Source of the DNA: Polyangiales bacterium
GTDB taxonomy: Bacteria > Myxococcota_A > Polyangia > Polyangiales > JADJQN01
Direction: 5' to 3'
NCBI GenBank assembly: GCA_964202905.1
Contig: CAXNJO010000013.1
Location: 64,001-128,000, forward strand
DNA length: 64,000 bases
Shown: in pieces, positions 52,168 through 60,515 of the stretch
How positions within the stretch are numbered: position 1 is the stretch's first letter
Layout: each line of letters begins with the position of its first letter
Translations under genes and position numbers: made by a program
The notes under the pieces: model-generated
The model's database searches: none
Told to the model about the DNA's origin: nothing
Seen by the model: only the letters and a program-made list of their open reading frames with translations

Positions 52168-53280
52168 CTACGCGCCCTCGCCCTCTGGCGGGGCACCAGA
52201 GGCCAGCGGCGCGAAGAGATCCATCAGCTGCACGAGGCGCTTCCGGACAGCAGCCACCACCGCGGGCTTCTCCTCACCGACGGGGACATCGATTGCGACA
52301 GCCGGGAAGTCCATCCAGCCGCTCGCCAGTTGGCATCCCTGGGCCTCGAGAGGCCGCGCGATGGACCATGCGATTTCCCGCCTGCTCACGAAGTCCGAAC
52401 CGCGGGAGCCGTGATGAGGGTCGTACCAGATCGGGAAGGAACCCGACTGCACCCATCGGTTGACATCCAAGCGCAGCGATCCGCTCCAGCCTCGCTCCGT
52501 CTTGCAGTACCGGAGGTAGTAGCCCTTGCCCGCGGTGAGCCGCGTTCCCTTCTGGAGCAGGAGCCGGTCCGCCACCAGCTGCTCGATGACGGCGTCGACC
52601 AGATCCGAGAACTCGAGGACGCGCCGGTAGACTGGCGACGAGAGCTCCGACCGGGTGACGGGGAGGAACGCCTCGGTGTCCATCCGCTCGCAGAGCCCGT
52701 CGAGCTGGGCGAGGTCGGCGACGCGGTCACGCTCCCCGGTGGCCTCAAGCTCGGCCCGAACGCTCGCGAGGAGCCGACGCCAGGAGATCAGGACGAGTTC
52801 GGGCCCACCGGAGGCGCCCCCGACCCAGAGCCCGGGCTCCGCCGCGCGAGGGTCGCGCAGTGTGTGACCCACGGCCGCGCAACGCTCGCGCAGCTCGCGC
52901 CAGAGGACATCGCCACGAATCTCAGGTGCGACGAACGCGAGGAGACCGCCAACGGCGAGCCGGCCAAGGTAGGTCGCTGGTTGGTTGTCCGTGAGCGCCG
53001 CCCAGAACTTGGCCTCGACGACGACGCGCTCTGAACCGGCCACGTCGATGCCGACGAGGTCCGGACGCTCGCCGTCCTTCCCCGTGCTCTGGGATACGAA
53101 CCGAAGCTCAGGGAGCTCGACCGCCGCGGGTCGGAACGCCGCCGCGAAACCCCGGCGCGCCGCTGGCGAGACGCTGAGGAGGAACAGCAACGCTTCGGTA
53201 GCCAGGTTCTCGGGCGACTCAGCAAACCGCAGCGCGAGGTGCCCGAAGAGGGTCGTCGTGCCCGCAGCAGGTACCGTCAT
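52168..53280 (-). CDS. PD-(D/E)XK nuclease family protein
   Basis: ENLATEAL, RPDL...VVVEAKFWA..TDNQP..Y. Confidence 0.75.
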   Translation of the reverse strand: MTVPAAGTTTLFGHLALRFAESPENLATEALLFLLSVSPAARRGFAAAFRPAAVELPELRFVSQSTGKDGERPDLVGIDVAGSERVVVEAKFWAALTDNQPATYLGRLAVGGLLAFVAPEIRGDVLWRELRERCAAVGHTLRDPRAAEPGLWVGGASGGPELVLISWRRLLASVRAELEATGERDRVADLAQLDGLCERMDTEAFLPVTRSELSSPVYRRVLEFSDLVDAVIEQLVADRLLLQKGTRLTAGKGYYLRYCKTERGWSGSLRLDVNRWVQSGSFPIWYDPHHGSRGSDFVSRREIAWSIARPLEAQGCQLASGWMDFPAVAIDVPVGEEKPAVVAAVRKRLVQLMDLFAPLASGAPPEGEGA

Positions 53281-53417
53281 GATCCAATCCTATGCGATCG
53301 GCCGCGTACCGTGAGGACGCATGCGCACGACGGGACGAGGGCGCGCAAGAACCGCCCACGCTCCTCCTATCAGGAGGGTGAGGCGGACCCGCCTCGTTCA
53401 CCCCAAGGAGGTTCCAC

Positions 53418-53744
53418 ATGACCGCAGCAGCCCAGGCCGCGGAGCGCACCGCTCCGTCCATCACCCCGTCGTCCCCGCTTCGCCCTCGCCGAGACCAGCA
53501 CGAGCGCTGGATCGCGCACACCCACCCGATCGACTTCGAGGAAGCCGCCCAGCTCGTGCTCGACGCCCACGCCGAGGACGGCGTGCGTGACGACGTTGTC
53601 GCCCACGACGTCCGGACCTGGGCCTTCGGCAACGCCGAGGGCTCGATGGCCATCGCGCCGGTCCCGCTCCCCGGCCGTGAGCCGATGCAGCCGATGCCGC
53701 TGCGGGAGCTCGCGTTCTCGCAGCTCTGCCAGCGCAGAGGGTAA
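53418..53744 (+). pseudogene. N-terminal fragment of a DUF932-like mobile-element protein, cut at J5
   Basis: AAGGAGG RBS; ends LRELAFSQLCQR at the junction, stop inside the element end. Confidence 0.5.
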
Positions 53745-54685
53745 CCGATCCAAGCCACCTTTGCTGAAACGGCGTTTGCTCCGGGGTTTGCGAGTCGGCG
53801 AGGCAGAGAAGGTCGCGCTGTTCGCGCCGGAGCTGCTGGGGGCAGAACTGGGCGTTTTCCCGCGCGAAAGACAGAGCGGTGCAGCAGGACGCGCCGAGGA
53901 GCGGTCCGCGGAGTCAACGAGGGGTGTGCGGCTGCGGTGGGCTACGCGGCGTAGTCGTCGGCGGGGTCTCGGGCCTTGGCGAGCGGCGGCGCCTCGGCGG
54001 GTCTGCCGAGGTGACGTAGGAAGCGCCGGACTTGAACTTGGTCGCGGAGCACAGCCATGAGGCGCAGGCGACCGTGGCACTTGGGGCAGTCGAGCACGTC
54101 GATATCGTGGCTGCGGCGGAGCAGGTGGGCCCAGCTCGCGGTGGGTCGGGTCATCAGGAGGGCGCCGTCGAGGAGCCTGCGGAGGTGCTCGTCGGTGAGG
54201 ATGTACGGTGAGCAGAGCGCGGAGGGTGGAGGCTCGTCCGGCGCCGCGGTGTCGGCGGCGTAGAGCAGGTCGATGTCGCGGACATCATCGTCGCTCGGCG
54301 CGATGTACGCAGCGGGTGCGATGCCGCCGATGTCGTGCTCGTGATGCGCGCAGCCTGGCGATGGCTCTCCGTCGCGCTCACCGCACTCAGGCTCGTTCGG
54401 TACGCGCGCGGTGATGCGTACGAGCTTCGCGCGGAGCCGACGAGGCTTGGGCACCACGAGCCTTCGCCACGAGTGGCCGGGGGCGAAGACTCCGTGATAG
54501 CGGAGCAGCGGATGGCGCGGACTCGGCACCAGCGCAGCGATGCGCGCCATGAGCTCGGAGCCCGTCATCACGCGATGGGTCCGAGCGCCGCGGCCGTACT
54601 TGGTGCGGTAGCTGTAGCGGCCGTCGGCGAGCTTCTCGAGGCACTCGAGCGCGATCGCTGGCCTCGCGCAGTAGCGAATCAAACG
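53737..54685 (-). mobile_element. IS91/ISCR-like unit J5: end plus transposase 3' fragment
   Basis: Near-identical to 38755-39703. Confidence 0.92.
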
Positions 54686-54812
54686 GAAAGGCTGTCCACG
54701 CGGTCGAAGGATTCACGCCCCCCGACGCCTCGCAACGCAGGCGCCTCGCGCGGTGAGCCGGCGCGCTCGATTGCAGGATGTGCGACGCGGTCGATGTGGC
54801 TACTATGCGGCG

Positions 54813-55271
54813 ATGCTCACCAGCCGGTACTTCGGATCGATCGCCGCCGACCACGCGAAGACGCAGATCGCGCGCGGCGACGCGCAGCTACGCGTGGACA
54901 TCAACCTCGCAGATCCGTCGGCATGTACCCAGGCGGCGATCGATGCCGTCGATCGCGCGATCGACGAGCTCGATTCTCGCGAGGCCGCCGCACGTGCGGC
55001 GATCACTGCGGTGATGGGCGATGACGAGCGACAGCCGGCGCAGTTCTGGCAGTTCTATCGCGACGAAGTCGACGGATTCGGCGACCTCGCACGGGACGCC
55101 TTCGTCTCGACTCTGGTGCTCGTCCGGGTCGGCTTCTACCCCGACGAAGTGTCCGACACCGCATCGCACATCGTGCTTGATTTTGCGGTCCGTGGGCCCA
55201 ACACGGATCAGCTCCTCGTGGCGAAGTTCCACGCCGACGGCTCGCTCGGGGAGATTGCCTGGGAGAGCTGA
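54813..55271 (+). CDS. DUF2004-like protein
   Basis: YFG N-terminus, VGFYP...LDF...TDQLLV...IAWES C-terminus. Confidence 0.6.
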   Translation: MLTSRYFGSIAADHAKTQIARGDAQLRVDINLADPSACTQAAIDAVDRAIDELDSREAAARAAITAVMGDDERQPAQFWQFYRDEVDGFGDLARDAFVSTLVLVRVGFYPDEVSDTASHIVLDFAVRGPNTDQLLVAKFHADGSLGEIAWES

Positions 55272-55300
55272 CTCGGTCCTCTGTAGGCGTCAACCGACCT

Positions 55301-55526
55301 TCAGTCGTCGGTCTGCAGAAGAGTGCGCATCTGGGCGAGCACCCCCGGGATTCCTAGGAGCGGAGCCCACACCCACCACCAGAATTGCGAGACGAGCATG
55401 CAGACGGCGGACGCACCAAGGCCGATCAACAGCGCCGAACCCACCCACCGTGCGATGGACTTCTGAGTTCGCGGTTGACCATAGAACTCTACCCCCTTGA
55501 GCACTACCGGCGCGCCGAGGAATAGA
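55301..55526 (-). pseudogene. 3' fragment of a membrane protein gene cut at J6
   Basis: Frame open from the junction (SLFLGAPVVLKGVEF...) with two hydrophobic stretches. Confidence 0.45.
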
Positions 55527-55534
55527 GAGGGTAA

Positions 55535-56827
55535 GGAACCCGGCCAGATCTAGCTTGCCATCTTGAGCGAGTGGTGATCTAAGGTGGAGATGCGCCGCAA
55601 CACAGCGATCGAAGAGACCATCGTGGCCAAGTACGTGGCGGTCAGCGGGTTGTTCGACGAGCGGGCCCGGCGTCTCTGGGCGGCTTCGGAGTCTCGGGCG
55701 ATCGGGTACGGTGGCGATGCCTTGGTGTCGGCAGCGACTGGCCTTGCGAGGCAGACGATTCGCAATGGCCGTCGGGAATTGGAGTTGGGGGTCGCACTGA
55801 CTGGACGAGTGCGTGGCCCTGGCGGCGGGCGTCCGCGACTCGAGCAGATCCAGCCGGGGCTCAAGGCGGCACTCGAAGCGTTGGTAGATCCGTTGACGCG
55901 CGGCGACCCGATGTCGCCACTTCGCTGGACGTGCAAGAGCCGCGCACAGCTCGCCGCCGCGATGGTGAAGGGTGGCTGGAGGGTGAGCTCCACGACAGTG
56001 GGTCGCTTGCTGCACGAGCTTGGCTACAGCCTCCAGTCGGCGCGCAAAAGCACCGAGGGCGCGGTGCATCCCGATCGCAATGCTCAGTTCGAGCACATCA
56101 ACGCCACGGCCGAGAACTTCCTCGGGCGGCGACAGCCGGTGATCTCCGTGGACACGAAGAAGAAGGAACTCGTCGGCGACTTCAAGAACGCGGGAAAGGA
56201 GTGGCAGCCTCAGGGCACGCCGGAGAAGGTGCTGGTGCACGACTTCCCTGACGACGCGCTGGGCAAAGCCATCCCCTACGGCGTCTACGACATGGCGCGC
56301 AATGAGGCGTACGTCAGCGTCGGCCGCGACCACGACACGCCGGCGTTTGCCGTCGCATCGATCCGCCAGTGGTGGAGAACGATGGGCCTGCGCGCGTATC
56401 CCGATGCACACGAGATCTTCATCACCGCCGATGCGGGCGGCAGCAACGGCTATCGGCTTCGCGCATGGAAGTTCGAGCTGCAGAACTTCGCCAGCGAGTT
56501 CGGCGTCCGTGTTTGTGTCTCCCACTTTCCTCCGGGCACCAGCAAGTGGAACAAGATCGAACACCGCCTCTTCTGCCACATCACGCAGAACTGGCGCGGG
56601 AAGCCGCTGCGCACCTTCGAAACGGTAGTCGAGCTCATCGGTCACACGCGAACGTCTGCCGGACTCCGCGTCAAAGCCAAGCTCGACAAGGGCCGCTATC
56701 CCACCGGGATCGTCATCACGAAGGCCGAAATGAATCAGGTGGCTCTTCACAGGAACAACTTCCACGGCGAATGGAACTATGAGATCCGACCCCGATGAAC
56801 TTGATCAACTTGTTGTGATCAGCCGCC
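55535..56827 (+). mobile_element. ISAzo13 family IS, copy 2, with TAA target duplication
   Basis: Flanked by TAA at 55532-55534 and 56828-56830. Confidence 0.93.
55584..56798 (+). CDS. ISAzo13 family DDE transposase
   Basis: Same 404-aa translation as 43371-44585. Confidence 0.95.
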   Translation: MEMRRNTAIEETIVAKYVAVSGLFDERARRLWAASESRAIGYGGDALVSAATGLARQTIRNGRRELELGVALTGRVRGPGGGRPRLEQIQPGLKAALEALVDPLTRGDPMSPLRWTCKSRAQLAAAMVKGGWRVSSTTVGRLLHELGYSLQSARKSTEGAVHPDRNAQFEHINATAENFLGRRQPVISVDTKKKELVGDFKNAGKEWQPQGTPEKVLVHDFPDDALGKAIPYGVYDMARNEAYVSVGRDHDTPAFAVASIRQWWRTMGLRAYPDAHEIFITADAGGSNGYRLRAWKFELQNFASEFGVRVCVSHFPPGTSKWNKIEHRLFCHITQNWRGKPLRTFETVVELIGHTRTSAGLRVKAKLDKGRYPTGIVITKAEMNQVALHRNNFHGEWNYEIRPR

Positions 56828-57786
56828 TAACCGATCCAAGCCACCTTTGCTGAAACGGCGTTTGCTCCGGGGTTTGCGAGTCGGCGAGGCAGAGAAGGTC
56901 GCGCTGTTCGCGCCGGAGCTGCTGGGGGCAGAACTGGGCGTTTTCCCGCGCGAAAGACAGAGCGGTGCAGCAGGACGCGCCGAGGAGCGGTCCGTGGAGT
57001 CAACGAGGGGTGTGCGGCTGCGGTGGGCTACGCGGCGTAGTCGTCGGCGGGGTCTCGGGCCTTGGCGAGCGGCGGCGCCTCGGCGGGTCTGCCGAGGTGA
57101 CGTAGGAAGCGCCGGACTTGAACTTGGTCGCGGAGCACAGCCATGAGGCGCAGGCGACCGTGGCACTTGGGGCAGTCGAGCACGTCGATATCGTGGCTGC
57201 GGCGGAGCAGGTGGGCCCAGCTCGCGGTGGGTCGGGTCATCAGGAGGGCGCCGTCGAGGAGCCTGCGGAGGTGCTCGTCGGTGAGGATGTACGGTGAGCA
57301 GAGCGCGGAGGGTGGAGGCTCGTCGGGCGCCGCGGTGTCGGCGGCGTAGAGCAGGTCGATGTCGCGGACATCATCGTCGCTCGGCGCGATGTACGCAGCG
57401 GGTGCGATGCCGCCGATGTCGTGCTCGTGATGCGCGCAGCCTGGCGATGGCTCTCCGTCGCGCTCACCGCACTCAGGCTCGTTCGGTACGCGCGCGGTGA
57501 TGCGTACGAGCTTCGCGCGGAGCCGACGAGGCTTGGGCACCACGAGCCTTCGCCACGAGTGGCCGGGGGCGAAGACTCCGTGATAGCGGAGCAGCGGATG
57601 GCGCGGACTCGGCACCAGCGCAGCGATGCGCGCCATGAGCTCGGAGCCCGTCATCACGCGATGGGTCCGAGCGCCGCGGCCGTACTTGGTGCGGTAGCTG
57701 TAGCGGCCGTCGGCGAGCTTCTCGAGGCACTCGAGCGCGATCGCTGGCCTCGCGCAGCCATCTTCGTGGTCCGGTCAGAGCGCCCG

Positions 57787-57806
57787 ATGTGCTACGAGTA
57801 GCACAT
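57787..57806. promoter_or_regulatory. Putative TA operator
   Basis: Perfect inverted repeat ATGTGCTAC-GA-GTAGCACAT overlapping the antitoxin start. Confidence 0.7.
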
Positions 57807-58080
57807 GAAGTCAGTCGGCGTGCGGGAGCTGCGGCAGCGGGCGAGTGAACTGCTCCGGCGGGTCGAGGCGGGCGAGTCGATCGAGGTGACGGATCGAGGG
57901 CGGGCGGTCGCGGTGCTCGCGCCGCTCGCGACTCGTTCCGCGCTCGAGCGTCTGCGCGCAGCGGGTGAGACCAGCGGCAAGAGCCGAGGCATGGCGGGGA
58001 TCGGTAAGCCGCTCGACGTCGCGCCGGGGCAAGAGTCGGCGTCGAGCGTCCTCGCGCGTCTGCGCAAGAGCGAGCGCTGA
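57805..58080 (+). CDS. Phd/YefM family antitoxin
   Basis: VGVRELRQRASELLRRVEAGESIEVTDRGRAVA. Confidence 0.92.
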   Translation: MKSVGVRELRQRASELLRRVEAGESIEVTDRGRAVAVLAPLATRSALERLRAAGETSGKSRGMAGIGKPLDVAPGQESASSVLARLRKSER

Positions 58081-58081
58081 G

Positions 58082-58471
58082 TTGGCGCTCGCGTATCTGG
58101 ACTCGTCCGCGCTGGTGAAGCTGGCGGTGCGTGAGCCGGAATCGGCGGCGCTCGTCCGCTTTCTGCGGGGCAAGACCGAGCTGGTGTCGAGCGCGCTCGC
58201 GCGGACCGAGGTCGCGCGAGCGCTGCTGCCGCTCGGCGCGGCGGCCTCAGCGCGTGGTCGCGAAGTGCTCGATCGCGTCGAGCTCGTCCGCGTGAACGAC
58301 CGTGTGCTCGCGCTCGCCGGCACGCTCTTGCCGCTCGAGCTGCGCTCGCTCGACGCGATCCATCTCGCCACCGCCGAGCTCGTCGGCCGCGTGCGCGTCA
58401 TCGTGACCTACGACGAGCGGATGGCCGCAGCGGCACGCGCGATGAAGTGGAAGGTGGCGGCTCCGGCGTAG
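58082..58471 (+). CDS. vapC: PIN-domain toxin
   Basis: YLDSSALVKL, TEV, LRSLDAIHLATA, TYDER. Confidence 0.92.
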   Translation: MALAYLDSSALVKLAVREPESAALVRFLRGKTELVSSALARTEVARALLPLGAAASARGREVLDRVELVRVNDRVLALAGTLLPLELRSLDAIHLATAELVGRVRVIVTYDERMAAAARAMKWKVAAPA

Positions 58472-58604
58472 GTTGGGAAGGCATCGCGCAGACCGTCGCG
58501 CGTCGCGGGCTGCGCGTGTGCAAGCTGACGCCGCGGGGAAACCGCCGCGGATGACCCAATACGCACGCCGCCGCGGATCGCCCCGTGAGCGCGCCGCTTG
58601 GGGA

Positions 58605-59066
58605 TCACTCTCGGCAGTACGTCTCGATGGTGCCGCGGATGCGCACCAGCTGCGCCTGCACCTCGTCGAACCGGCGTCGCAGCGCGTCGGGATACGCGGT
58701 CCAGGACTCGTCGCCCTCCGGCGTCTCCACGTAGATGTTTGGGCAGACCGGCATCTCCGGGGGGATGGTACCGAGCACGCTCGTCGTGGCGTCGACGAGC
58801 GCGCTTGCGCTGCGAACCTGCGCCTTGCATTGCGCAACGAGGAGGCGGGGGACGGGGTCGCGGTGGGCGAAGAGCTGCCGCACTTGTTCACGCCGCTCCA
58901 CCTCATCGCGATACTCCTGCAAGATTTGGGCGTCCGGGGTGTTCTTGAGTAGTTCCGGGAACGCCTCGCGAAACACCGCGCACGCGCCGTGACGCGCGTC
59001 GTCGCGGCCGCCGCCGCAGCCACCGAGGAGAACGAGGAGACACAAGATCATGCTGGTCCGTTTCAT
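58605..59066 (-). CDS. Hypothetical lipoprotein
   Basis: MKRTSMILCLLVLLGGC lipobox. Confidence 0.65.
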   Translation of the reverse strand: MKRTSMILCLLVLLGGCGGGRDDARHGACAVFREAFPELLKNTPDAQILQEYRDEVERREQVRQLFAHRDPVPRLLVAQCKAQVRSASALVDATTSVLGTIPPEMPVCPNIYVETPEGDESWTAYPDALRRRFDEVQAQLVRIRGTIETYCRE

Positions 59067-59215
59067 CGCCGGCCTCCGACGTGCAGGCGTAGCGTACATT
59101 CATCGTTGCCGTCGAGTCTCGCGCGCGACACCAGTCCGCGCACAACCCTCGATCGCCTCGCGCGCTCGACACCGCCGGGTGGTGAATAGCAAGCCCGAGC
59201 ACGCGTCCGACCGCC

Positions 59216-59848
59216 GTGTCCCCGACTGCCACTCTGCTCTGCGCGTATGTCATCCTCGCGTTCTCGATGCCTGCGGCGGCGCAATCGCTGCGGCCGTGGC
59301 AGGAGCGCCCCGAGCGGCGCGAGCTTCGCTATCGCGAGCAGCGCGCCTTTCGCTCCGTGTCGATCGGCCGCTCTGGTCTCTTCGAGATCGGAGATGCCTG
59401 CCGGTCCACCTTTGACGGGGCGGAGCGGGAACAGCTCTGCGTCGCGACGGTCGTCGCGGCTCGCGTGCGCTACTCCCCGGCGCCGCTCATCCGCGCGTGC
59501 GCAAGCGCCTTCTCCGGCGACGACGCCGAGATGGCCTGCGTCCAGACCGCGCTCGTCTCCCACGCCGAGCCCTCCGCGAGCGTCGCCGCCTGCGATCGCG
59601 CGTTCGTCGGTGACGAGAACGCGCTCCGCTGCATCGAGCGCGTCGCCGCCACCGCCTCCCGTGGTGGGGCCGTCGGCATCGAAGCGATCATCGCATGCGA
59701 CCGCGCGTTCTCTGGCGACGACAACGCCCTCGCATGCCTCGAAGCGCTGCCGTGCGGGCCGTACGATCCCGCAGAGTTCGTCGCCTACTGCGACCAGCAG
59801 AGCGCGGGCGACCTCGCCGCGCTGAGCTGCCTGCAGAGCTTTCGCTGA
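59216..59848 (+). CDS. Secreted Cys-repeat protein
   Basis: Signal peptide; repeats ACxxAFxGD.xxxxC. Confidence 0.65.
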   Translation: MSPTATLLCAYVILAFSMPAAAQSLRPWQERPERRELRYREQRAFRSVSIGRSGLFEIGDACRSTFDGAEREQLCVATVVAARVRYSPAPLIRACASAFSGDDAEMACVQTALVSHAEPSASVAACDRAFVGDENALRCIERVAATASRGGAVGIEAIIACDRAFSGDDNALACLEALPCGPYDPAEFVAYCDQQSAGDLAALSCLQSFR

Positions 59849-59890
59849 CGCGTTCGGAGCGGGGTACGGCGACACACGACGCCGCCGCCA

Positions 59891-60229
59891 TCACCGCCCA
59901 GTCTGTACCTCGTTGTCGAGCACGCGGACGCCGCGCGCGCGCTTGGCCTCTTCCGTGGCCGCGCGCAGCTTCTCGTAGAGCGCCATCACGTCGGTCTTGA
60001 GGCCTTCGATGCGCACATCGGGAGTCGAGCGGTCCATCGCCGTGAGCACGATGTTGCCAGTCCCCGCGAGGCGCTGCGCGAACGGGCGCTCGACGACGAA
60101 GTCGTTGATTCGATAGATGTCGATCTGATCCATGCGCTTCGAGAAGAGGCCCGTCTCGACCACCACGCGCTGCGTGGTGAGCCGGTACTTCACGCTGCGC
60201 GCGCGGAACCAGTAGTAGATGAAGCCGCA
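59891..60229 (-). pseudogene. Bacterial PH (bPH_2) domain protein, 5'-truncated at J7
   Basis: YRLTTQRVVVETGLFS...QRLAGTGNI; frame open to the junction. Confidence 0.75.
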
Positions 60230-60271
60230 GAGGGTAACCGATCCAAGCCACCTTTGCTGAAACGGCGTTTG
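60230..60271 (-). mobile_element. Element end J7 (42 nt, cut by IS21)
   Basis: GAGGGTAACCGATCCAAGCCACCTTTGCTGAAACGGCGTTTG. Confidence 0.9.
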
Positions 60272-60277
60272 TGCCAG

Positions 60278-60428
60278 TTTTCACCTTGAAGGGACCACCT
60301 TCGGGCTGAGATTTTCAGCCTGAAGGGACCACCTGATTTTCAGGGTGAAGGGACCATCCCTCGCGGGGGCGTGGCTCTGGATTTTCAGGGTCATGGGACC
60401 ACCCGATTTTCAGGGTCATGGGACCACC
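60278..60428 (+). repeat. Five subterminal repeats (TTTTCAnnnTSAWGGGACCA) of the IS21 left end
   Basis: Directly visible; multiple end repeats are typical of IS21. Confidence 0.85.
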
Positions 60429-60515
60429 CCGTGTCCGAGGTCCGAGGTCGTCGCGATCGAACGCCAACCAGAGGAGCCTGCTGCCGCCGACGAGGGCGTC
60501 GCACAGGAGGTCCCA

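Larger units (their letters stand above)
55527..57757 (-). mobile_element. IS91/ISCR-like unit J6, interrupted by ISAzo13
   Basis: GAGGGTAA [IS] TAA CCGATCC...; ends after CTCGCGCAG, the same break as J3. Confidence 0.92.

Noticed and set aside
51657..55310. Identical 14-mer CGACCTTCAGTCGT at two cargo gene stops
   Set aside because: A 14-nt match is expected by chance in 64 kb of GC-rich DNA and does not extend.
38755..60271. CRISPR array or integron interpretation of the repeat array
   Set aside because: Repeats are up to 1.4 kb and transposase-derived and spacers are 0.4-7 kb. No cas or intI gene is present and I saw no attC-like site. Cargo is cut mid-gene.
60278..60428. Short regularly spaced repeats as a mini-CRISPR or iterons
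   Set aside because: They lie at the TG terminus upstream of istA and fit IS21 subterminal repeats.
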